A stretch of DNA of 64,000 nt from the NCBI RefSeq assembly GCF_009914755.1, contig NC_060927.1. The stretch is one strand, 5' to 3'. Shown here in pieces: positions 53,010 through 64,000 of this stretch. Source of the DNA: the human T2T-CHM13v2.0 reference genome, Homo sapiens. The translations under genes were made by a program, and so were the position numbers. The notes under the pieces were generated by a model. The model worked only from the letters and a program-made list of their open reading frames with translations. It did no database searches and was not told the DNA's origin. How positions within the stretch are numbered: the first letter of the stretch is position 1; the number at the start of each line of letters is the position of its first letter.

Positions 53010-53131
53010 AAGTAGGAAACCATGGACTGGAATTCAGAGGCTTAACTCTGGTTCTGGCTCTCCATCAGCTAGCAAGTCACTTATCAATACACCTTATTTC
53101 CCTAATGTCTACAATGAAGAGGTGAAACTAG
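53010..53131 (+). mobile_element. MIR3-like fragment
   Basis: 'catggactggaattcagagg...gcaagtcactta...tttccctaatgtctacaatgaagaggtgaaactag'. Confidence 0.55.
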
Positions 53132-53398
53132 TTTAGCTGTTTCAAGCTTTTTACCAAAACAAAAAATGCTTTTTGGTTGTTTGTTTTTTTCAATTTATAT
53201 TCTGCAATTTGTGACACTAGTAAAAGTACCCGGTCTACCTTTCCTAGTTCATAAATTATCATAAAGTCACCAACAAATTTTCTGGTCTGTGTAAGGTACT
53301 CAATGTTTTCCCTCTGAGTAATTTTAATTCTAATGTAGATGAAAAAAATAGGTCATTTTAATATACCTGTGGTACATTCTTATACTGGGTATATAGAG

Positions 53399-53442
53399 TC
53401 TCTCTCTCTCTCTTTCTCTTTCTCTCTGTGTGTGTGAGTGTG
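53399..53442. repeat. (TC)n(TG)n microsatellite
   Basis: Direct inspection. Confidence 0.85.
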
Positions 53443-55042
53443 TAGGCAATATCTGAAGGATGATCTTTAAGTATCTAGAATAAATTGAGTCAAAAATCTA
53501 TTTTGAATACAGGTGACAGCTTCAATTTCAAAAACATTTACTTACGGGTCTTTCTATGCTTTGCATTCAATAATTCAACTCAACACAAAATGCTGGCGTC
53601 ATTCTCATCTTTTAAAGGAATGATAGGCATGCGTCCAGCTACATGATAAACACAGACTTGTATTAAATTTATTTATATTTGAAGTTTGACTATAAGTTGC
53701 AGTAGTCTACATAACTAAGAATCTCTATTACTCTAAACACCCATATTTTCAGATGTTGGTTTTCATATTCAATGTTTCAAGACTGAAGGTACAAGTGAAA
53801 TTATTATCAAAATATGATCCATGCACACCTGCATTAGAATCACATATGATATTTGTTAAATTCTGAGTTTTGGAGAACTTACTCAGACCTAATGCATCGT
53901 AATGCAGGCCATGAATATCTTGACACAGAATAAATAACAATTGAGAACTGCATTTCAGAAAAGTTTCTTAGCTGATTCTTTTGTTTCACAACTTCTCTCT
54001 AGTACAAGAGCCCAGCTCCCCTCTCCAGCTCCATTAGAGCCTCTGGGATCTATTCCACCATCAGAATAACAACAACAACAATGATAATACAATATTCTAG
54101 AACTTAAATTGGCATAAACTCTCAGCTCTTCATTAGAAAGAGAATCTATTTGGTGGACTAAACGAGACTTAGTATTTGTAGGGACCCAGATCCCTACTGA
54201 CAAGAGCCTGAGTCTAGGAAGTACTTAACATAGTTAGAATCACTGCGGTAATTACAAGAAAGGTTCTGTCATGTTAGTTGTTAGTGTGCAGAAGAGATTT
54301 TTATCTTCAAGAATAGAGCATAATTACCAAATGGAAAACAAAAAAACTCATCCCAGAAGCAATATGTTAATTAACTGACTTAACAACATGTTGTCTTTAC
54401 ATTTTGACTTTGATTATAGCAGAGTGAAGCTAGTGTGTGGGCAGGGTGGAGGTAGGGGGGCAAGGGAATGGAGTGAATAAAACATCTTCCAGCTCTTTGG
54501 CTTTGAGGCAGAGACCAGCTGTCAAAATTAATATGAGATTCATAGGTTCAGTACCTGACATAAATTAGACTGAGTGGAAGGAGAAATGTTAATGGAACTT
54601 GAAAATAAATCCCATAGCACCTGTATGTACAGGTTTTTTTTTAATACAGTGATTATTCCCAGCTGCATCATTATGATGACTTTCTAAAGAGTGAACTTAG
54701 CATCCTGAGGTCCTTTTGTGGGGTGAGAGAAGATGCAAGTTGAGACAAAGCATCGTATTTTTACTGACAGGAGACCAAAACAGTCAATTAAAAAAAAAAT
54801 CACTAAATTGTATAAAAGTAGCACAACTAAATTTATTTAATTTTAAATGCAAATAAAGTATTGAAAAAGTTAATTAAAAATATTCTGAAGGTTTAGTTTT
54901 GTTTGATGTTAGCTGGAGAAAAACATTTAAATTTTATCTTTAAAATAAAACATTGATTGGGTGATCATAATCATGTCTGCATGTTCCACAGAAACTACCT
55001 GTGTGGCCATATCTCTGCGGGAATCCCCACAGTTAGTTAGGT

Positions 55043-55207
55043 CCTTGCTAATCAAAATGTGTTACTTACACCTGCAGCGTCAGCATCTCCTGGGAACTTG
55101 AAAGAAATGTAGGCTCTCAGGCCCCACCCCAGACTCGCTGAATCACAATCTGCATCATCATCAAATCTCAGATGATTCAACTGAACATGAATGCTTTTAA
55201 AGCACTG
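55043..55207 (-). mobile_element. MER5A1 (hAT-Charlie)
   Basis: 'ccttgctaatcaaaatgtg...ctcaggccccaccccagactcgctgaatcacaatctgcat...agcactg'; TSD agttaggt/atttaggc (6/8). Confidence 0.88.
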
Positions 55208-55329
55208 ATTTAGGCCATTAAATAAACTGCCTCTTTTTAATTAGTTTGAAAAAGAAAATACTTTAAAAATAAGATTTTATTTTGCTAGGGCCCTAGACAA
55301 TTGAACAACTTACTATTCCACAACATAAA

Positions 55330-55493
55330 ATGATTTTAGACCTGGAGGGGTTTTTGAAACCATTTTATCCAATCCTTTGTTTTATAGATTAGGAATCTAA
55401 GAGCTCAAAAGACAGAATGACAGGCCCAAGGTCATACAGCTATTTAATTACAGAGCTGAAAAGCAAGCTCGGATGTCTTGGTTTCCAGTTCAA
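55330..55493 (-). mobile_element. MIR fragment
   Basis: 'ttttatagattaggaatctaagagctc...gcccaaggtcatacagcta'. Confidence 0.65.
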
Positions 55494-55948
55494 ACATGGA
55501 AATAAAGCAAGACTGATCTGAAAATAGTCAGTGATGTTTCAATTATTTTTTACAAATATTTCATACCAAAAAGAAAAAGAAATACATTTCCCGTCACTTT
55601 GCCTCACAAACATGTATACAATTATTTGTTTTCTTGGTTTGTACAATAATTGGGTCAAGCTGTCATATGTATTTAAAGACACACTTTAAAATTAAATTTC
55701 TTTTTACACTAGGACCTCTCTTCTGCTAGCTCTGCTCATCTCAGCCACTAGTCTTCAACTCTACTAGTCATTTTAATGCTGGTTTTTTCATCTTTGATGA
55801 TAGATGTGTTCACTAAATAGGCCCACTATTGTGTAAACAACTAGTTACCAGGGATCACGGGCGAAAGGCCCTTTTCAAGACAGAAGAGCACTGGAGAGAG
55901 TGGACTGGGTGTTTCTTTTTCAGTGGTAGGTAACTAGTCCTTGAATAT

Positions 55949-55970
55949 TGCTGAGTCAAAGGAAAACCAC
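55949..55970. promoter_or_regulatory. Candidate composite MAF/AP-1 + NFAT + RUNX site
   Basis: TGCTGAGTCA-aa-GGAAAACCAC in unique sequence; motif evidence only. Confidence 0.3.
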
Positions 55971-56414
55971 CAAGCCCAGAACCCTCACGGCAGGTAAAGC
56001 TGTGCCCTGTTAGGAGAAAGACGCTTCGTCAACACTAAGATGTCACAGTGCCAGTGTGCTGCTGAGGCAGTTGAGATTATGTCATACATGCTGTTTTAAA
56101 TGCTAATCTTTATAAAATATTGGCCAAGCAATACATGCAGCAGAAATTTCAAGATGAATAAAGAGTTCTAGAGGAGTAAAGATTGAGAAATTAAGAAAAT
56201 ATTTTTAAAATTTATTTTTATTTGATGTTTATTACCAACATAAAAATGGATAAAAATGTATTATGTTACAACTGTAAATTTCCTTTGACACCTAAATCAC
56301 TTATTAAGGCTAAGTTAGGCAGTGAAAAAGATGATTAAGCAGCCCCCTAATATCTATTTGAATTACAGCACACCTTCTCTGGAATTTTCTCACTGGTCAA
56401 CTTGATCACCTTAC

Positions 56415-56448
56415 CTCCTGTGAGATTTTGGTATTGGAGGATACATGG
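56415..56448 (-). other. Candidate 34-nt minus-strand micro-exon
   Basis: Minus strand: cctcactactctctccctctcctttcctctttctctgtctctcag|ccatgtatcctccaataccaaaatctcacaggag|gtaagg. Confidence 0.45.
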
Positions 56449-57487
56449 CTGAGAGACAGAGAAAGAGGAAAGGAGAGGGAGAGAGTAGTGAGGTGGGGTG
56501 GAGTAAAATGAAAGCCAGAAGATGTAACCTAATGTTTTAAATGTAAATAAATATGCAAATATGCAGTTAAATTACATATTTATTTCCTGTTGTTCTTCTA
56601 AAATTGAATTTAACTGATGTGTCATACTCTGTGCATTTTAGAAATGATTTCTAAGTATTAAATTTCTCTTTCTGAGCACTCCATTGAATATGGAATACCC
56701 ACAATAAAAGATATGTAAAATTGCTGCAAAGTATGTATGGAGCTCAGCACTACAGAACGTATTTGTTAGGAAATATGTCTACTGTCTACTGCAAATAAAC
56801 AATGAAAATTCCTAGGTAACCTTAATGTGCTATGCATACAACACACTGTCCACTATTTTTTTAGATAAGGATACAGGAGTTTCAGGCATGCCAGTATCCT
56901 GTCTGTCCCTGGGTTCCTCTGTATGCACTAAATCTTATACATTGGCATGAATTCCCTCTGCATCCTGCCTCAGTTAAAATAGTATTTCTTTTATCCTCCT
57001 CACTTTGTAGTCTGGGAGGCTACCAGCTTGTGAGTGGCAGCTGCTCTCTGAATGGCGCTATGGCTGAAACACAAAACGCATGGTAATGTCAATCACGTAT
57101 AATCTCTCTCAAATACACCTAGAAAGAGGAAGTATAAAGCCTTCCCATGGACATTATTTTGTTATTTTTCTTATTTGTCATTGTTGTTGTTGCTGTTTGT
57201 CCATAAGCCAGTTTATTTTTTTCTCTAGAGTATATATGACTTTCATTTTATTTCTCTAGGATGTAGAGATGACAATGTGGTTTTTAGAATTAAGTTACAG
57301 AACATAAATGAAAATAAATGAGTGCTGGAGACTTCTTGTTCTTGGAATGTAGAAGAAAAACAGAGAAATGCTCAGCAAACAATCTAGAAATGTACTATAA
57401 GATATAGCGAACATCCTTTTACATCTATAGCTGAGTAGCTGAGTTTGCAAAAAAGAGAAATCCCAGCTGATAAGAAATGCAAGGACA

Positions 57488-58069
<582 letters not shown>

Positions 58070-58369
58070 TTATATTCATATAAAATGAAGAATTGGAATT
58101 GAGATCCCTACATAACGTCTGAACTCATACATGGCTGATCGTTTTGTAGAAGAGTAGTCTAGGAACAGTTGCCTGTCTCTGACTGGGCTTGGAGTAAGGA
58201 AAACAACTCTTAAGATTCTGTAACCAGAGGCCTCTGTCTTATGCTTGCCCAACATACACACTGGAGTGATCAATTCAATCTAATGATTACTTAATGAAAG
58301 AAAGAGAAAGACAAGGTGAGAAATTAATTGGTTCTATGCCTTTAAAAATTTCTTAAAACCATTATTAGT

Positions 58370-58545
58370 TAAAGAGGTAGGTAAAGAGTCCTTCGGGCAA
58401 AAAAAGAAGGCATATGCAAAGGTCCTGGGTTGGAGAAAATAGGGCACATTTGAAGAATCAAATGAGGTCTCATGAAAAGGGAAGTGAGACAGCAAGAGAG
58501 ACTAGAATTGGAGTGGCTGAAGATAGACAAATTATGAAACCAGGT
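58370..58545 (-). mobile_element. L2 fragment
   Basis: 'gcatatgcaaaggtcctgggttggaga...cacatttgaagaatcaaatgagg'. Confidence 0.65.
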
Positions 58546-58831
58546 GTACAAACAGCTAAAAATAAGCAGAGCTGCACAAAGTGAACACAATTTGGGAACT
58601 GACACATTTGTCCATGACTAATCACTAAAGGCGTTTTTATGGGTTACTGCATTTCACAAAATGAGAGATCTTTTTATTATTATTTTAGACACATTCGTGG
58701 CAAAGGACTACATGAATACCGTTGTCATTTTTTGAATCCGAACCCTAGGTCCTTGAGCTAGAACTAAAAATTCTATAAATAGTTCCTGGACAATTTTCTA
58801 GACTTGATCTAGCCTTGAACAGATTGAGTAC

Positions 58832-59305
58832 TGTGGTAGGTAGGCTGTCTTCCCTAAATATGCCCATTTCTTCACCAACAAAATCTATGAATTTATTTCC
58901 TTACATGGCAAAATGGACTTTGCAGACACAATTAAATTAAGGATCTTGTGATGAGGAGGTTGTCTTGGGATTATCCAGGTAGGCCCAACATAATCACCAA
59001 GGTCTTTACGAGAGTGGGACATTTGAGCCAGAGTCAGAGAAAGAGACATGACCATGGGAGAAGAGATTGGAGTGATGCTGCCACAAACTGAAAAAAGAAA
59101 AAAAAAAAAGGCAGCCTCTAGAAGCTGAAAAAGGCAAGGAACTCATTCTCTCCTACAGCTCTCAGGAGAAATACAGCCCTGCTGACCAATTTCAAATTTC
59201 TGATCTTTAAAACTGTAAGATAATAAAGTTGTGTTGTTGGAAGTTACTAAATTTGAGGTGATCTGTTAAAAAAAAAAGAAAAAGAAAAAATTGGAAACGA
59301 ATACA
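58832..59305 (+). mobile_element. MLT1D-type MaLR solo LTR
   Basis: 'tgtggtagg...ccttacatggcaaaatggactttgcaga...gcagcctctagaagctgaaaaaggcaagga...aactgtaagataataaa...gaaacgaataca'. Confidence 0.88.
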
Positions 59306-59355
59306 GATACCTAGCGTAAGCTGAATGAAGGGATAAGGGTAAGTTAATAACAAAG

Positions 59356-59673
59356 TTTTTTTTGTTTTTGTTTTTGTTTTTGTTTTTATGGTGGGGGATG
59401 GTGCCTTGCTCTGTCACCCAGGGTAGAGTGCAGTGGCGCGATCTCGGCTCACGCAACCTCCGCCTCCTGGGTTCAGGCAATTCTCCTGCCTCAGCCTCCT
59501 GAGTAGCTGGGATTATAGGCACCTGCCACCACACCTGGCTAATTTTTGTATTTTTAGTATAGACGGGGTTTCACCATGTTTGCCAGGCTAATCTCGAGCT
59601 CCTGACCTTGTGATCCACTCGCCTCAGCCTCCCAAAGTGCTGGGATTATAGGCGTGAGCCACCACACTCGGCC
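59356..59673 (-). mobile_element. AluS (Sg/Sc-like)
   Basis: Full dimer with (TTTTTG)n tail; 'acaaag' at both flanks. Confidence 0.93.
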
Positions 59674-59727
59674 ACAAAGATTTTCTAATAGCTAATTTTG
59701 ATAAACACATGCAAGTCCACAGTTACA

Positions 59728-59796
59728 CAATTCAACAATACAGACGTGTGCTGTCTAATACCCAATTCAATAATACAGATGTGTGCTGTCTAATAC
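59728..59796. repeat. 35-bp tandem duplication overlapping the MER33 terminus
   Basis: caattcaacaatacagacgtgtgctgtctaatac / caattcaataatacagatgtgtgctgtctaatac. Confidence 0.9.
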
Positions 59797-60068
59797 AGTA
59801 GCCAGTAGTGACACGTGGCTGTTGAGCACTTGAAGTGTGACTAGTTCTAACTGAGACGGGTTTAAAGAGTGAAACACAGAGTGGATTTAGAAAATGTAGT
59901 ATGAAAAAATGTAAAATATCTCAGTAATGAATTTATAGCAGTTATATGTTGAAATAGTAATATTTTGGATAGATTGAGTTTAATGAAATATATTGTTGAA
60001 ATGGGTTTCACTAATTCTTTTTGCTTTTTTTAATGTGGTTATTAGGATATTTAAAATGACATATGTGG
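59780..60068 (-). mobile_element. MER33, interrupted near its 5' end by an L1
   Basis: 'gtgctgtctaatacagtagccagtagtgacacgtggctgttgagcacttgaagtgtgactagt...ttaaaatgacatatgtgg'. Confidence 0.85.
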
Positions 60069-63000
60069 GAGGTGCAGCAGGATGGCCAACTAGAAGCCTC
60101 CATCAATTGTCCTCCTTGCAGAAATGCCAAATTGATCAGCTATCCTCACAAAAAGCACTTTCATAAGAATGAAAAATCAGCTTATATACCAGCTTGGCCA
60201 CAGTAAGGTAGAGCACTAAGCAGGCTTTTGGGGTCCCCAATTTCAGGCCTTGGCTCTAGAACAACATTTCTGGACCTGCCCTGGGCCAGTGGGGAGTCCA
60301 CTATCCTAAAGGCAGTGTCTGAAGCCTAGCAGCAGTCACCACAGGTTAACTAAACAGCTCTTGGTCACTGAATGAACATTAGTTGTAGCCAGGCAGTACT
60401 CGTTGTGGGCATGACATGATGGTGGCCATGGGGAAAGATTCCTCTGCCTGTGGAAAAAGGAGACAAGAGTGGGAAGAACTATGATTTGTGGTTTTGGTAC
60501 CAGCTCAGCCATATTGTAATAGAGAACCAGGTAGATTCTTAAGGGTTCCAATTCCAGGCTCTGGTTCTAAGACACCATTTCCAGACTTGACCAAGAACAG
60601 GGGGACCTCGAAGCCACGAAGAAAAGGACTGAAGCCTGGCTAGATTCATCATCTGCTGATTGTAGAATCCTAGGGTCTTGAACAAACATAGGTGGTAGCC
60701 AGGCAGTGGTTACCAGGGGCCATGAGCAAGACCCAGTGCTGTGTGGCCTTCAGGTCTGACCTAGTGGTGGTGGCAACAGGGGTGTTTGTGTCCCCCTTCA
60801 CCCAGCACCAGGTAGCTCAGTATAGAGACAAGGAGTCTGTTTTGGAGAAAGTAAGGAAAGAGTACAAAAGTCTCTGCCTGGTAATCCAGAGAATTATTCC
60901 AGATTTTACCCAAGTTCAACAAGGTGATACCTCTACAAGTCTTCAACAGCCACATCATTATTGGGCTTGCAGTGTTCGCTAATGCAGATGCAGCTGCTGT
61001 GACTGAAAACTTGGATCACAACACTGAAGTCCCTTTGAATACCTGGAAAGCCTTCCCAAAAATGACACTACAAACAAGCCCAGACTGTGATGACTAAAGT
61101 AAATACAAAACTCTTCAATGCCCAGACACCAGTGAACATCTATAAGCATCAAGAATGTCCAGGAAAATATGACCTCACCAAACAAAGTAAGTAAGGTACC
61201 AGTGATCTATCCAGGAGAGACAGAGACCTATAAACCTTTCAGATGGAGAATTCAAAATAGCAGTTTTGAAGAATCAAAAAAATCAAGATAACACAGAGAA
61301 AGAACTCAGAATCCTATTAAACAAATTTAACAGAGATTCAATTAATTTTAAAGAATCAGGCAGAAATTCTGGAGCTGAAAAATGCAGTTGACCTACTGAA
61401 CAATGCATCAGAGTCTCCTAGCAGCAGAATTGATCAAGCAGAAGAAGGAATTACTGAGCTTAAAGACAGGCTGTTTGAAAATACACAGAAGAGACAAAAG
61501 AAGAAAGAAAGAAAAAAACTAAAGCATGCCTACAACATCTGGAAAATAGCCTCAAAAGGGCAAATCTGAGAATTATTGGCCTTGAAGAGGAAGTAGAGAG
61601 AGTGATTGGGTTAGAAAGTTTGTTCAGTTAATAACAGAGAATTTCACCAGCCTAGAGAACTATGTTAACATTCAAGTAGAAGAGGGTTATAGAACACCAG
61701 GGAGATTTAACCCAAATAAGACTACAAGACATTGAATAACCAAACTCTCAAAAGTCAAGGATAAATAAAGAATCCTAAAAGCAGTAAAAAAAAAAAAAAA
61801 AAAAAAAAAAAGGTGAGGTATTTTACCAACATCAGACCTGTCTTACAAGAAATGGCTTCAGAAATCTTCCAAAGGTACAAAACTCACTGGTAAAAGCAGG
61901 TACACAGAATAACAGAATATTATAACACCATGATTGTGATGTATAGACTACTTATATCTTGAGTGGAAAGATTAACAAATGAGCCAATCAAAATTAATAA
62001 GTACAACAACTTTTCAAGACTCAGATCGTACAAAAGAAAATAGAAATAACAAAAGTTAAAAAGTAGAGAAAAGTTGTTAAAGTGTACAGTTTTTATTAGT
62101 TTTCCATTTGCCTGTCTGTTAGTTGTTTATTTACGCAATCAGTGTTAAATTGTCATCAGGTTAAAACAATGGGTAATAAGATATTATTTGTAAGCCTCAT
62201 GGTAGCCTCAAATCAAAAAACATAGAACAGACGCAGAAAAAATTAAAAGAAAGAAATTAAAACATACCACCAGAGAAAATTACCTTCACTAAAAGGAAGA
62301 CAGGAAAAATGAAAGAAAGAAGAGAAAACTGAAAAACAACCAGAAAACAAATAACAAAATGGCAGGCATAAGTCCTTACTTATCAATAATAAAACTGAAT
62401 GTAAAGGGACTAAACTTTCTAATCAAAAGACCTAGAGTAGCTGAGTGGATTTAAAAAAAAGACCCAATGATCTATCGCCAACAAAAAAAAACACAACCCA
62501 CCTATAAAGACACACAGAGACTGAAAATAAATGGATATATAAAGATATTCCATGTCAATGGAAACAAAAAAGAGTAGCAGTTGTTATTCTTACATCAGAG
62601 AAATGAGATTTCGAAGCAAAAACTATAAAAGAGACAAAGAAAGTCATAGTATATAATGATAAAGTGGTCAATTCAGCAAGAGAATATGATAGTTGTAAAT
62701 ATATATGAACCCAACACTGGAGCACCCAGATATATAAAGCAACTATTATTAAAGCTAAAGAGAGAGATAGACCCCAATACAATAATAGCTAAAGACTTTA
62801 ACACCCCACTTTCAGCATTGGACAGATCATCTAGACAGAAAATCAACAAAGAGACATCAGACTTTATCTGCACTATAAACCAACTGACCCTAATAGATAT
62901 TTACAAAACATTTCATTCCATGGCTGCAGAATATACATTCCTCTTCTCAGCACGATAATTATTCTCAAGGATAGACCATATTTTGGGCCACAAAATAGTC

Positions 63001-64000
63001 TTTAAAAATTAAAAAAAATTTTGATATTGTATCAAGTAACTTCCCTGACCACAATGGAATGAAACTAGAAATCAATAACAAGAGGAATGGTGGAAACTAT
63101 AAAAATACATGGAAATTAAACAAAATGCTCCTGAATGACCAGTGGGTCAATGAAGAAATTAAGAAGAAAACTTAAAAGCTGGGCATGGTGGCTCATGTCT
63201 GTAATCCCAGCACTTTGGGAGGCCAAGGCCAGTGGATCACTTGAGCTCAGGAGTTCAAGACTAGCCTAGGCAACATAGTGAAACCTCATCTCTACAAAAA
63301 TACAAAAATCAGCCATGTGCCTGTAGTCCTAGCTACTCTAGAGGCTGAGGTGGAAGGATGTCTTGAGCCTGGGAGATGGAGGTTGCAGTGAACCGAACCA
63401 TAATAAAAAGCCTCCCATAAAAACAAAACAAAACAAAAAAAAGGCTGGGACCCAATGGCTTCACTGCTGAATTTTACTAAACATTTTTTAAAGAATTAAT
63501 ACCAATCCTACTGAAACTATTCTGAAAAATAGAGGAGGAAGGAATACTTCTAAACTCATTCTTTTAAGCCAGAATTACACAGATACTGAAACAAGACAGA
63601 CACAAAAGAAAAAGAAAATTGTGGGTCAAAATCCATAATAAAAACTGATGCAAAATCCTCAACAAAATACTAGCAAGCTGAATTCAACAACACATTAAAA
63701 AGATAATTCATCATGACCAAGTGGGATTTATCCCAGGGATGAAAGAATGGTTCAACATATGCAAATCAATTGATGTGATACATCATGTCAACAGAATGAA
63801 AAACCACACAATCATTTCAACTGATGCTAAAAAAAATTTGATACAATTCAACATTCCTTAGTGATACAAAGCTTTAAAAAAATTGAGTATAGAAGGGACA
63901 CACTTCAACAAAATAAAACACACATATGACAGACTCACAGCTAGTATCATACTGAAGGGGGAAAAACAGAAAGCCTTTCCTCTAAGATCTGGAACAGGAC
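60068..64000 (+). mobile_element. L1M1/M2-type (early L1MA) element from its 5' end, running off the window; dead ORF1 and ORF2
   Basis: 5' 'gcagcaggatggccaactagaagcctcc'; EN remnant NIYEPNTGAPRYIKQLLL...IIAKDFNTPLSALD; RT-like 'catgaccaagtgggatttatcccagggatg'. Confidence 0.92.
63178..63395 (+). mobile_element. AluJ, 3'-truncated by a deletion extending into the host L1
   Basis: J-type 'gatcacttgagctcaggagttcaagactagcctaggcaacatag'; stops at 'gcagtgaaccga' with no tail. Confidence 0.88.

Noticed and set aside
53546-53608. 63-nt minus-strand exon-like unit ending ccc|gtaagt
   Set aside because: Weak acceptor (tttaaaag) and stops in all frames; too weak to list as a feature
57043-57062. CTCF-like 'ctctgaatggcgcta'
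   Set aside because: Lacks the core AG positions; weak match

Overview
AT-rich primate genomic DNA, probably human or ape: it carries AluY/S/J, L1PA3/4-like, L1PB and MER11 elements. It looks like a long intron or intergenic interval, about half of it recognisable transposon debris. I found no credible protein-coding gene, tRNA, rRNA or CRISPR array. The listed ORFs are Alu, L1 or microsatellite read-throughs, dead L1 ORF1/ORF2 remnants, or short AT-rich ORFs with no recognisable product. Repeat family calls come from my recollection of consensus sequences, so subfamily names and edges (about +/-20 bp for old elements) need RepeatMasker/Dfam confirmation. Four signals stand out. (1) Several short minus-strand exon-like units with good splice signals, a candidate AG|GT recursive splice site and an RFX/NF-Y motif cluster, consistent with almost all L1s lying on the + strand (antisense to a minus-strand host). 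(2) Many apparent templated-insertion repair scars inside repeats, including an AluY linker with an exact 20-mer match 1.94 kb upstream, and 182-bp and 1.5-kb foreign inserts with direct repeats. (3) An old L1 whose 5'UTR deletion starts at a putative splice donor (SpIRE-like). (4) Two twin-primed L1 inversions and a decayed ERVL pol relic. None of this proves a new biological system; these are testable candidates.
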